Below the pieces are notes generated by a model. It was given only the letters and a program-made list of their open reading frames with translations, did no database searches and was not told the DNA's origin. The translations under genes and the position numbers were made by a program. Shown piece by piece: positions 27,279 to 40,430 of a stretch of DNA of 64,000 nucleotides. The DNA is from the human T2T-CHM13v2.0 reference genome, Homo sapiens: NCBI RefSeq assembly GCF_009914755.1, contig NC_060934.1. One strand, written 5' to 3'. Position 1 is the first letter of the stretch; each line of letters begins with the position of its first letter.

Positions 27279-27379
27279 TTATGCAGAATAAGGCATAAGT
27301 AAATATATCTACATTGATAAGAAATGGACAAAATTAAATTATCTTACTGATTATAAATAGAATATAGGGAGGTTGTGGG

Positions 27380-27583
27380 TCTTGATGTGCTGGTAAATGT
27401 TCAACAACCTACTCTCTGGGAAACAAAGGCTCTGATTTATACTGTCTGCATATTTCTGTGGTGTAAATATTTCTACCATGGCCAATTTCAAGCTACCAAC
27501 ATGATGTCACTGAGTGCAGCTATGGAAAAAGGTGCACAGTGGGCTCCCCCAGGTGGGTGTGAGCCAGCTCCAGCACACCATTG
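27380..27583. mobile_element. MER63A (hAT-Blackjack) MITE
   Basis: gatgtgctggtaaatgttcaacaac...ccatggccaatttcaagctaccaacatgatgtcactga...ctccagcacaccattg. Confidence 0.9.
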
Positions 27584-27799
27584 AGTGTGGACAAATATAC
27601 AGTCTCACCCTCCATTGTGAACCATCTTCCCAACCAGAGATTTCACAAGTTACTGACAAGTGGAAATATTAACTGATTTATTCAATTAGTCTTTAAATAT
27701 TTTCTAGGTAAAACTCTTAATTACTAGCAATGTTATGAAAAGATGCAAACACATCAACAGATTCTATAATATTCTGTTTTTGGAGCACAGCCTATCTCC

Positions 27800-28390
27800 C
27801 CAGCTTTCTCATTCTCTTCTTTCATATCGCTAATCTTATTGGCCTCAAACTTCTGCATCATTTTTTCCTTCATTTCTATTATCAAGCCTCTCCCAGCTTT
27901 ACTTTCTTTCCCTGCACAGGCCAAAACCCATGGGCCATGCCTTCAACTCCTGCCTACCAGAAACCACAGCTGTCTCATTCTGTCTTCCTTCCTCATCTAT
28001 TCTTTAAACCTGCAATCCAAGATCAATCCAGTCATGTTCTTTGTCTTCTCCTGACCTGGATAGCCGAGCACAGATGGAAAAAATCCCAGCCCCAGGCTGA
28101 TGGTATTCTTCAGATTTATAGCTTAAACATCAGCATGGCCTTCAAGTATGTAGTGACCTTTTTTGCTGGATTCTGTCTTCGTTTCCACATATCTGATATT
28201 CCAAATATTTGTCCCTTTCTTAAACCCACTCTCCCATCCTTCTTTCTTTCTTACCAAATGATATTGTGTCCAGATTCTCACCTATAATTTCCCACCCATA
28301 CAATCTGAAAATATATCTACAATCTTGCTTATTCTTGTGTCTTTTCTGCCTTCCTCCTATATCCAAAAGTCAAATTCCTAGATCAGTGTT
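27800..28390 (+). mobile_element. Degenerate L2 internal fragment
   Basis: gccgagcacagatggaaaaaatcccagccccaggctgatgg resembles L2 ORF2 sequence; CT-rich sense strand. Confidence 0.45.
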
Positions 28391-28399
28391 TTGGTACCT

Positions 28400-28946
28400 G
28401 TCCCAGTTATCTGTTCCTGTTCAGCATACCACCCCCAGAATTAGTGGCGGTGAAATGACAGTTGATTATCTCTCATGGTTCTGTGCATTGACTGGGCTCA
28501 GCTGGGCATTTCTTACTGGGCTCTCTTGAGCACTTGACGTCAGATGTTGGCTAGGGCTGCAGCTATGGCCTTGCCTGGATCAGAGATGCAAGATGGCTCA
28601 CACGCAAAGTTGGAAGTTGACGCTGGCTGGGAGCTCAGCTGCTTGTGACTCGAATACCTACATAAGGCCCCTCCATGTGATTTGGGTTTATTAAAGGCCA
28701 TACCAAGAACAAATACTCCAAGAGGCAGGAAGAAGCTTCCAAGCCAGTTAAAGATTTGTGCCAAGAAATGGCAAGGTCTCATGTCTGCTATATTCTATTG
28801 GTCAAAGCAATTACAGAGCCTAACCAGGTGCCAGTGGGTAAAGAAATAAACTCTAGCCCTGGATGGGGGAGCAGAAAGGTCACATGGCAGAAGAGGAGAT
28901 GGGATGGGAGATATTGCAGCTGTCTTTGGGGTCTACCATCTGCCAC
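28400..28946 (-). mobile_element. MLT1H-type LTR
   Basis: tgtcccagttatctgtt...ttgactgggctcagctgggc...caagatggctcacac...ttctattggtcaaagca...accatctgccac. Confidence 0.85.
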
Positions 28947-29580
28947 TGCGGAAACTCTCCTAGTTTTCATCTCCTTCCTTCCTACTGGCTGCTCTCCTGC
29001 TTTAACCTGTGAGCATGTTCTTATCACTATGTTGTTAAAAGAAAAAGGTACAGAAATCAATGGATGTATCATTTGTGATATGTATACTTTTTTCTACGTA
29101 TATTATAGTTCAATAAAAAGTTTAAACATGGTAGAAAAAGGGAAGAATTTGTGGCTCACTGCTACCAAATAGGTAGGTCTTCATAGAATTTAGTTTTGAT
29201 GCTAATTTCAATGGTAGGTATGTCCCCCATCCTAGCATGTTTCTTTCTCGACTACAGAACTAATTAATGTGTACCACACATGTAAAAGAATGTTATAGTA
29301 ACATGTGCTAATATTAGGACAAACCAAACTACTGCATATGTCTATTTCTATCTATCTGTCTAGAAAGCAAAAACTTTTTTTCCGTGTCTTACTTTTTTTA
29401 ATAGTAACATGATGTAATAAACTGGACTCTTAACTTGGATATTGGAGGGATTAGATAGGTCTAAAAAAAAGTCTTGAGTTCTCAGAAGAGAAAAAGTCCA
29501 TGTAAATATCACGTATTTGATTTCTATTATCCTTCCAATGAAGTTAGGTTGAATAATACCTCTTAGAAACTAAAATAACA

Positions 29581-29977
<397 letters not shown>

Positions 29978-30132
29978 TTACAAAATAGGCAGCCTTTGGG
30001 ATCCTCCATCTTTACTTTCGTATGGTGTCTACTTCCTCTGCACCCCTCTGCCATGTTGCATTCTCTCTTCACGCCTTATCAACATAATGAGTCATTTAGA
30101 AAACCGGCCATGAGTCATTACAAAAATTAAAT

Positions 30133-30253
30133 AGCTGAATGCGGTGACATGTTTCTTTGGTCCCAGCTACTCTGAAGGCTGAGAGGATTGCTTGAGCCCA
30201 GGAGTATAAGGATCAGTCACAGTGAGATAGTGAGACCTCATCTCAAAAAAAAA
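30133..30253 (+). mobile_element. FLAM-like Alu monomer
   Basis: gtcccagctactctgaaggctgagaggattgcttgagcccaggagt...gtgagacctcatctcaaaaaa. Confidence 0.8.
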
Positions 30254-31017
30254 GTAATGCCCAATTTTAAATGGTTTATTATATTGCCATTGAGATTACC
30301 TATATCTTATATTATGCCAGACCTCAGCCCTATCTACTATCTTAAAATCTAAAATTTAAGAACTTACTTGCAAAGAAATAGGAGATGGTTAACATAATAT
30401 TAACCAAGAAGCCACAATGTTCATGTATTTTTATGAATTCTTAAGAAAAATCAGGAATGATGTCCATCTTTAAAATTTTTATTAAAGATTATTTCAAGAA
30501 AAGGAATAGAATTTAATAAATATACTTTAAAAGATATGTACGTTAAATTTAGGGACATTTGGTATATATAAAAAAAGGCCATAAGTCATTGAGATTATTT
30601 CACTTTGACATGTAAATGTATTGCCTATCTCGGGGTATATATATTTAAGTCTTCTCAATAATTATACCTTAGTTTTATTTATTTATTTTTTCCATGTTGA
30701 AACAATTTGGACAGCAGGGACCAGGGTCTAAGTCTCCATAGCAAAGACTCACCCTCATGGAAACGCCGGTGTGGCTCTCCAAGTGACTCTGTGCTTCAGT
30801 GATTTCCGAAATACCAGTAAATAACAAAAACTTTCAGGAAGTCAGCCCTCTGAGACCCAGAGTTGGGTCTTCTGATTCTCAACATGAAGCTGTTATGACA
30901 CTGAGTCTGAGAATTAGGACCAAAAATGGGAAGCAGAAGTCTCCAATTAGTAAATTCTCTGGTTACACATTCTTGAGTTTCTTCTTATTTCCATTTTTAA
31001 AACCTCAACCTTAAATC

Positions 31018-31420
31018 CGTGTGGTCTTTAACCCACCGCCCGCCCAGCCTTCTGCGGTCAGGCATGAGTGCACACCTGCCACATCCCAGGCAGCACCAGA
31101 GCACGGTGACAGTCGCGCTGGCCTGAGCACAGTCTCCAAACAGTAAAAAGGGATTTACTGCCTCTTGTTCGTTAATATATCTTAGTTGCCTCCAGCCTTG
31201 TTATTTTCTCTAGACATTACCGGACTCACTAACGCAGTGGCCCGAAGTAGACAAGAGGCAGTGTACGCTCCCACCCCCACCCCGCAACTTGCAGAGAAGA
31301 GCAACTCCCTGCTGTTGCGCCATAAATAATTGAACAGTCTCTTCCAGGCAACACAGTCAAGATGCAGATTTAATTTATTCCCTGGGAGGACTAAAGGTGG
31401 CTATGTAGAGCCGGTTCGCA
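31018..31420. promoter_or_regulatory. CpG-enriched unique segment; candidate enhancer or weak promoter
   Basis: 16 CpGs counted in ~400 bp of non-repeat DNA; GC boxes ccgcccgccc, CACCC boxes, C/EBP-like ttgcgccat followed by cataaata. Confidence 0.4.
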
Positions 31421-31814
31421 GTCAAGCTGAGCTGGGGACACTGGTACTTTCAAAATGTGTCAAACCATGCCCTGGGGTCCAGTGTCAAATGCCATTGCAA
31501 AGAAGGGTTCTTTTCTTTTTAGCTTTGTTCTGTTTCCCTGAGCATTCCTCATTAGGAAAAGAAACTTCATTCCACAACAGAAAGGGAAATGATACTGATG
31601 TCACTGGCTGGCATTTTGCACATCTTTAAATTCACTAAAAATCTATGCGCCACATCTAATGTCATGGTTTCTACCTTGTTTATTTTCTTTAGAAGATTTC
31701 TTTTTTAAAGCCACCTGTGACTTGACGTCTGGAGTTGTTTTACATAACACAGTCTGAAAAGCACACCTCGTGGAAGCTACAACTTCTTTGCTTGTGTTAG
31801 AAACCTAGCGGGAA

Positions 31815-31872
31815 TGGCTCAGGACTGCAATCCCAGCACTTTGGGAGGCTGAGGAGGGCAGATCACGAGGTC
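31815..31872 (+). mobile_element. Tailless 58-bp Alu left-arm insertion
   Basis: tggctcaggactgcaatcccagcactttgggaggctgaggagggcagatcacgaggtc between tagaaacctagcgggaa and tagagacctagtgggaa. Confidence 0.9.
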
Positions 31873-34327
31873 TAGAGACCTAGTGGGAAAAAGAATGGAA
31901 AAGAGGGAAGGAGGAAGAGGAGGAGGGAAGGAAGGAAGACAAGAAAGAAATCCCAATTCAGGCATTTCGAAAGACTTCTAGGAAGGACTTTTGGGATGGA
32001 ACCAGGGGACGTAAAAGAACCTGAGACCACCAGCAGCACGAGGACCCAGGAGCGAGGAGAGAAATGGGCTTTCCAGGGACCACTGGGAGCTGAAGGAGAG
32101 AGGAAGTAGTGAAAAGAGGCAAACATTGCCAGAAATTTGATAATTCAGCCCAAACGAATACAATGCTGAAACATGCAAACGTATTCTCAGGTCCCTAAGT
32201 CTCCTATTATAGGAGCTATAATATTGAGTACATTGATTTTCACATATTATCTTCCGTTGCCTATTTGACAAAAATTTCTATTTTGCATTTCAAAGAAGCT
32301 TATATCTTAAAGATATTCTATCCTGTCCTTTAATTACTCATTTTAGAAAATGCTTGATATTTTCCATGTGAAATATTTCCTTTGGAAAGCTCCTGTCCTT
32401 CCCTTCCTCTCTCCCTCAACCTTCCCCATGTGGGTATTTGCAAACTATGTAGACTATGGTTGGAATCTTTTTGGCAAGTACTTAATCAGACTCCGGCTTT
32501 GTTTTCAAGTCTGGGTTGCTATGATTGTATCCCTAAGGAAGTTGGTTACGTTTTGGAAAGACTGTGTAACGCAGAGGCCAGAGCTGTCTTTTTGACCTGG
32601 GAGGTGATTTGAGGAAATGATCTCAACAAATTAACTTCTCACTTGTTTTTAAATGACTTTGAGATACAAAGGAAGAAAAAAAATCAGTCACTGCTGAAGT
32701 TCAAAGAAACGATGTTCTACTGAGTGCTTTATGGATTTTTTTAAGTACAATTTTCCAAATAATAGAAAAACATTCCGAATGATGATGTTGCCTGATTCAC
32801 TGCACACAGCTGTCAGCTGATCCCAAACATTTATGCTTACCATTAAAAGCTTGGAGAAAACCAGATAAGGGTGACTTCTAGTCCATCTAGACAGATAACA
32901 ATGCAAGGCTGTGCCGACTCTAATGTAAACATGTAAAATAAACCCACAGAAGCAAAACAACAACAACAACAACAAAAAACTGCAAAAATTTTAAAGGCTC
33001 TCCCATAGCCTGGTGGCTTTTATGGAAAAATTTTTTTTGCACCCATGGGGTGAGGAAAGAAGAGAATTTTGTCCTTCTGGTGAAACCTCTTGCCATAGAC
33101 TTGAAACCTGTAAAATCATGTGGTTTATGGAGCAATGTTTTGTGCCTTGAATTCCATATGCAGAGTTTGGGGAAAGGACACATGTGGTGAGAGGTTCTGA
33201 GGTCTTGTCTCATGGGACGCTGGTTCCAGGACTTTCTTTCTGGGTGACCTTTCTTGGTGGTTAAAATAAAACATAAACTTTCACCATTCAAGTTTCTCCC
33301 TTGCTTGCCTCATGTCAGCTTTCCTCACTCACTCACATTTGGGTAAATGTACACACATCCTTTTATCGGCTTATGTACACACATATATTGTACCAAGCTG
33401 GCCAATGCAATATTTATGTTTGTACTTTGAGCTGCCTAAGATTTTGTCATGAAATCTAAGGCTGCTGTAGGGGAGAGAGTGCATAAAACTTTCATGACTA
33501 GTATAAAAAATACAAAATGTTATCATTAATATTTAATAAAATTTGCAGCAGTCAATGAGCAAAATCAATGTTTTTTAATTAAGTTATTCATTTGTAATAC
33601 GAGCCGTACCTTGTTGTGCATTAGGGTGGAATTTAGGATGTTGAACTTAAAATAAATAAATAAACTTAATTTTAGCCCTCGGGGTAACAGTATTAGTGAT
33701 AAAACTATTAATTGGTTGCCTTTGCTTTGATAAGCAAACAGGGTTTCTTTAGTGACAACATCTTTTATCCCAAAGAGCCTTCTGAGTCTCAAGCTGGATT
33801 CTGTCCAAGGTGTTTAGTAAGATGAATTGCAGTTCATATTGTTGATAACAGGCACATCAGTGCCCCAAGCGTATTGTTACCTCCTACCAAGGCTCTCCTA
33901 TTCAAAATTGGGGCTGCATGAAGGGTGGAAGTTTATACAACTTGAATGGGTTTTTAACCAAGGTTGTAGAGTCATCCTATATTAATTAAATTAGCAATAA
34001 ATCGAAGATCTGTTCATCTCTCCAACTTCTCTTTGCTCTGGAATTTATTTTTCCAACCCATCGTCCCTATCCAGTTCTCCCTGTCCCTTCTCTGAATCCT
34101 CCTTGTCGGTTTCCAGACCTTCACCCCTTTGTCCAGCCTTCTTTCTGGGGGTGTGGAGGAAACAGCTTCCTGTGAGCAAAGCTGATGCGGGCAGGTGGCA
34201 CATTGCTCTTCCTTACAGCCATTTAAAAATACAGCTTTGATTGGGATGCTGCTAACTTAGTCTCTGTATTTGCCCTATATCTAGTTGATGTAAATAATGT
34301 GCTGAAATTATATATTAAAATGATTCT

Positions 34328-34690
34328 GGCCAGGTACAGCGGCTCATGCCTATAATCCCAGCACTTTGGGAGGCAGAGGCAGCCAGGCTCGCTTGAGCCC
34401 AGGAGTTTGACACCAGCCAGGGCAACGTAGCAAGACCCTGCCTCTCCAAAAAAAAATGTTTTTGTAAATTAGCCAGGCATGGTGGCACATGCCTTAATCC
34501 TAACTACTTGGGAGGCTGAGGTAGGAGGATTGCTTGAGCCTAGGAGTTCAAGGTTGCAGTGAGCCATGATTGCACCACTGCACTCCAGCCTGAGTGACTT
34601 GAGTAGTGACAAAGTGACTCTGTCTCTTAAAAGAAAGAGTAGTGACAAAGAGACTCTGTCTCTTGAAAGAAAGAAAATAAAAAAGAAAGA
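34328..34690 (+). mobile_element. AluJ with a 36-bp tandem duplication at its 3' end
   Basis: J-type cttgagcccaggagtt in both arms; gagtagtgacaaag(t/a)gactctgtctctt(a/g)aaagaaa occurs twice. Confidence 0.93.
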
Positions 34691-37499
34691 ACGCACTGTA
34701 TTAATAATGCACTTTACCCAGATTCCATGGAAAATGGTTAAAAAAAAAAAAAACCTTGATTATACTATACAGGGATGTCCATACCAGCTGATAACTATGA
34801 GTTAAAAATTTATAAATAGATCTCTAAGGACTTCTGATACAAGATTTTCAAAGTTGAGAGAAGAAAAGCATTGTTCTCATCAACCCTAATTATTAAACAA
34901 ATTGTTAGTGTGATTTGTAAATGCAAAAAATGTAAGCACATTTCATAATATATGTTGATGTTGGTTAAATTTACCTAATGGGAAGTCGTGAAATTCCTGA
35001 AGGCTCAACTCAAACAAAATCATTTAATAAAAATAATATATATTGGAAAGATGGAGTATGTAGAATCCAGGATTAACTTGGTAACTTCTGAGGAACATGC
35101 AGAATGACACAAGCATTTCAATACCTGTTCTAGATTCACTAATAATATGACGTTGAAGGTGTAAAGGAAACAGTACATTCATCAGGGTGACCACAAGAAA
35201 AGGATTTAATTTTGATCTGTTTTAAGAATCTCTAGAAATAAATATAAATGTAAACTAGATTTCATTAAAATTGATCAAAGATGATTTCCTTATCCAAATT
35301 ATCAAGAATAGTTAATATAGACCCTTTGGGGGTTTAGGAAAGTGTAGGAAGAAACTGTCTAGCTTATATTATGCTCAGCTTCTTTTGTTGTTTATTGAAA
35401 TGTGTCAACTTTATTGTTAATATTTCACTGATGGTTCGTTCTTCATCTCTTCAATGTGGAATTCAATTTAAAATAAAATCCGATATTCCGTCTGAAAATT
35501 TCAATTCCCAGCAGAAGTATAATTCAATTAAGTTCCAAATATTTCTTTTAAAAATACAAAATAAAATCATTCTCTCTACATATGCTATTTCTGCTCAGTT
35601 CCAAAAGGATAAAAAACTGCATTTGTTTAGTTTTGGTTCATCTATCACTTTGTACATTTTTATGGATTTTTACGTGTAATCACATTTTCAGAGGGGATTT
35701 TTATATAGTCTGCTCCATTTCTGCAGAGTTATTACAGAGTTATTATCTTTCAGCCTTAAAATTATAAAAATTGATACACAATCTTTGGTTTCTCTCTCCC
35801 TAGGAAAGTGATGCGAAGCCATTCATCATTCACTGTGATGGGCTAAACTCGCTTTGTTTACTGTAGCGTAGGAGGGTTGTTTCTCCTCTTCCCTCTTTCT
35901 TACTAACAATGGTGGTGGTGATCATAGTGGCTTTCCTGCCTGTGCTGGGGTGGGAGGATGAGGGATAAGCACCTTACATCTAATCCTAGAAAAGAATCTG
36001 CATTTTTTTTTCTCTAAAAGCTTGATAAAGTACAGTATGTTATTTAAAAGGAACTTGCAGACTTCCATCTCCCTCTTCTGTTGAGGTTACTCTCCATACA
36101 TCTCTTCCCTCTGCCTCTCTCTACCAATTTGCTGTTTGCAAGATGACTGCTCTATCAGACATAAAATGCTGCCTTTTCGCTTAACTATGCAACAACTGCT
36201 CTCTGTACTTCTAGGGCAGCCTTAATGGTGCATTTATATTCCATTCAAACTTGAACACAGCAAGAGAAAACCTACCTACAGGGATTGTAAGTACTGATGG
36301 CATTTGCCACCATCTGAAAGCCTTGCATATGGCGTTATGTGTACCTGAGCCATCCCAAAGTGTTGTCATTAAAACACAATTGTGCTTCACAGGTGTCAGC
36401 TGGGCAGAGGGGAGGTTTAGAATCATTTTTTATGAGGCTTATTCTAATCCCAGGGTTTGTGCAAAGGACCACATAAAAAAGCACCAAACTCAATGTCAGC
36501 TTCCATTTGAATACCAACTGGAGAAATACCTTCCCCTATAAATATGTTAGGAGAATGGGAGGTGGGAAGAAGCAGGGTTATGCTTAGGAGGAAGAGAGCG
36601 CTCCCATTGTGCTATGCTGTGGTGAGGTAGCATTCAACCCTCACAGTTAAGTTTGGGTTAACCTTAAGTTTAACCTGCACTTCTGTGCTAAACTGTGCCA
36701 TTGTCTTCTCAGACACAAGGAATCCAAAAATGTCCTGCCACTGATCAGAATTATGTACATAATATACACCATCCTTGCCTCTTTATTCTCACCTGCCAGA
36801 GACTCTCACACACTTGGACAAGCGTGTCTTCTAATGAGATGTAGCAAACAGTGCCGCGTTTTAGGAGGCCGATTACTCTGAATGCAGTGTGATGGCTCTG
36901 GTTTTTTGATGTCTGCAGGACAAAGATGTGCAACGTCAAAATGCCTCTTTACTGACTCCTACCCTCCCTGTATGTATTGGTTTTCCTACTCTCCAGAATG
37001 CCTCTCCACTTACGGGATCATGTCTCTTATGTTCTCCTCTTCTTTCTCCTGTCTTTAAAACCAAGAAAGCATCATCATGCACTCCAGATAAGAGTGATAT
37101 TTCAGATATAAATTAAGAGACACTTGTTTAAATGGAGCAACGTTTGTGCACATGCAATGTGTGTGTGGTCTATGTGTGTGCATGTGTGTTTGTGTGCAAC
37201 ACATGGTTGCATGTATGTAGGATGGAGATTCAGATCATACCTGAAATTCCTGAACTCGCATTTCCTCAGCTGAATGCCACCCAGAAGGCTTATTTGCACT
37301 CCTCTAGAGTACTGGCAGTGTTAGCGTCCTTCTACAAGAGTCCTATTGCAGGAGGCATCTAAAGATGTGGCTCCATAAAGGTGAGCAACTAATGTAGACT
37401 TGCCTTAAACAAGTAGAGGCCACTGCGGTAATCTGGGCAAGCAGTAATTCAACTTTCCTTCAACTTAATCATCAGGGCAGTATGACTGACAATTTCTTG

Positions 37500-37947
37500 T
37501 GTGAACCCCAAATATCTGAGACAGCTCTCAGTTAATTTAGACAATTTATTTTGCCAAGGTCAAGGACACACCCGTGACACAGCCTCAGGAGATCCTGATG
37601 ACATGTGCCCAAGGTGATCAGAGCACAGTTTGGTTTTATACATTTTAGGGAGACATGAGACATCAATCATCATAGGTAAGTGAACATTGGTTCAGCCCAG
37701 AAAGGCAGGACAACGAGAAGTGGGGAGAGTGCTTCCAGGTCGTAGGTAGATTCCAGACAAATGGTTGCATTCTTTTGAGTTTCTGACTAGCCTCTCCAAA
37801 GGAGAACATCAGATATGCATTTATCTCAGTGAGCAGGGGAGTGACTTTGAATAGAATGAAAGGCAGTTTTGCCCTGAGCAGTTCCCCACTTGACTTTTCT
37901 CTTTAGCTTAGTGATTTGGGGGCCCTGAGATTTATTTTCCTTTCACA
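37500..37947 (-). mobile_element. MER4A1-like ERV1 solo LTR
   Basis: tgtgaaccccaaatatctgagacag ... gagatttattttcctttcaca; flanks cttg/attg are a plausible 4-bp TSD. Confidence 0.93.
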
Positions 37948-40294
37948 ATTGAATGGATGGAAGATTTTCTCAGCAACCTGAAATTTAGAGAAAGAGAATT
38001 GATAAGGCTGTAAGATAATGAGTGAGATGGACGAGTTGGGTAGGAGGGAACCATTTTACTGCCATCCTTAGAGGAGGCTGAATACATTCCTTCTTTGCTT
38101 CCTTTCTTCCTTCCTTTATTTATTCAATAATTCTACTTCGTGCCTGTTATATTCAGCAAGCCTGGCGTAGCCTCTGACCTCCTGTAGTTGAGAGCATACA
38201 TCTCTTTTATTCATTCATCCAGATAGGATCTAATTTTCTAGCAGCCTAACCCAGAAACCAAGATGCACTCTTCCAAAAAGAAAATTCATAAACCAAGTGG
38301 GGGATGGCTGATAGAAAACAGACCAACGGAGGGGACCAGTGGACCTCCCTGCCTCTACCAGAGCCTGAGGCAATCAAAAAGCTTGGGATTGCTCGCCCGC
38401 CAGCAGGAATTTCCCAGCTAGACACAGAAATGAACACCACCTCCTACACTTTCCAACCTGAAGATCCTATAGGATCCCATCTATTAGATGACTCTAATAG
38501 AATCCTTCACTCTCTGCTAGAAGGAAAGATATTGATTCCAGTGTCAACTAGCTTGGACCCAAGGGCCACTCTTTCCTTTGCTTGGTTGAGGAGCCATCTC
38601 CCTGGGCTAATCTGGTGAGCAACCTCAGATGGGAAAAAACAAACAGGCCTTTCTGTGAGTCTCTGAGCACAGTGGGTTACTTTCCTGGACAAGACACTTG
38701 CTTTGTGTGTGAATCAGTTTCCTTTCATGAAACCTTGAATTTAACCCGCGCTTCTGTGCCACGACGCAATTGTCTGCTCACTTCCTCAAGCCTGAGATTG
38801 GGGGGCTTCTGTCTGCTCTTTGAATCAGATGGTAGATAAAGATCTCATACACACACGTCCAAGTGGGCAGGCCTAGACAAGTGGTCGTACAAATACCCTC
38901 CACTTCAGCCTCAGTCCTCTCAAGTTGGTCATTTGTGCTGAGAAATCTCTCCTCATCTTAGTGAGTGGAGGGTTTCTGAGTGACAATACATCGCTACTTG
39001 TGGAGGAAAGAGTGTTTGTTTCCAATTCAAATTGAGATCACATAATTGTTTACGACGAAAACATGATTTTCTTTGCCCGCAAACACACAGAGGAAAGCAA
39101 CCGTCCTCATGACAGCATTGTTACAGCATCTTCTCGTCTCTGCCAAGCTCTGGGTGAAGATCAGGGCCAGGGGAAATGAAGGGCTATGACTGCTTTGTGG
39201 TTGATTCCCTCCCACCTCCCTCAGATGCATTGTCTATAAAATTAAACTAAGATTTCATCCTTTACTTTTCACACTTCTCACTCCCAGGGCTGTTCCTGTT
39301 CGTTTTTTGTCTTTGCCGGGATGCACAAGGGGCCATTAATTACCTGTCGCTTTGTATCCAGGAGAATAACTGGGATGATTGTACTCACATCCCAGGGAGT
39401 TATCCTTTAGGTAATCAAATGAAAACAGTTAATTCCAAGCCTGCACGGCAGTGTACTTTCTCATAATGGAAAGTAAACACTGTGTCACTTTCATAACACA
39501 TTTAAACAAGGGGCCTGGTGAATGCAATTCATTGCATCTGACAAAGGCAGAAAACCTCCCTGGCTGCTCCTGTGTCTCCCAGAGTGCCCGCTCCTGGACA
39601 TTTCTCCAACATATACAATACTTAGTGCCACGCACTGGCTAGTATTCTCAAATGCAACCTGGTTAAATCCACACTAAAGACTTGATTTAGAACTTGACTC
39701 CGGCCTATGTATTTAAAAAAGAAAATCAAATTGTTCAGAGTTGAGTTGTTGCAAAGCTCACATTTGAAGTTGTTCATACCACAGATTCTCAGAATTACAA
39801 ATAAAATAGGGTATTGAATTTACACATACCTTACCAGAAAGTCCTGTGATTAAATCATTTGGAAGGGATAAATGGCAATTCCATTTTGAAAGCTCTCTAG
39901 GAAAATAGTCTACAGGGCACCTGTCTTAATCATTTAACACTGAGTTAAGAAATCCTTTCTTCGGCCCAATCAAATGTAATTCTGTTACCTTGTATTATTG
40001 TGCCTTCTACATGAAATAAATGCTTTCTCTCTCCAGCGCACCTTGCTATCCCGACATCCTGTTCTTAATCCTTCTCTTCCTTGGGTGGAATAACTCCAGT
40101 ATTTTCAAAGAGTTTCACTGCTCCCCCAACTCCACACCTGCCACTCCCCACATACACTTTCTGAACCTTCTTGTCTAGTCTGACAGTAATGGCATCACGG
40201 AGGTGACCATCTTCCTAATTATAAAACCTGACATCTAACCTCTTGAGTAATCTGACACAGGGTGAACTCAAGCAGTTCAATTTTCAAGTTTAAA

Positions 40295-40430
40295 TCCATT
40301 TAGCAAATATTTATTCAGCCTTCTAAGTAGAAGAAAATGTGCCCAATCTAATGGGAATCAGGAAGGGTAAGAAACGGTTCCTCTCTTCAAGGAGCATAAA
40401 TCGTAAGTCTAGGAATAACTAAATACAAGA
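40295..40430 (-). mobile_element. L2 3' fragment
   Basis: ccatttagcaaatatttattcagcc...taagaaacggttcctctcttcaaggagc. Confidence 0.55.
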
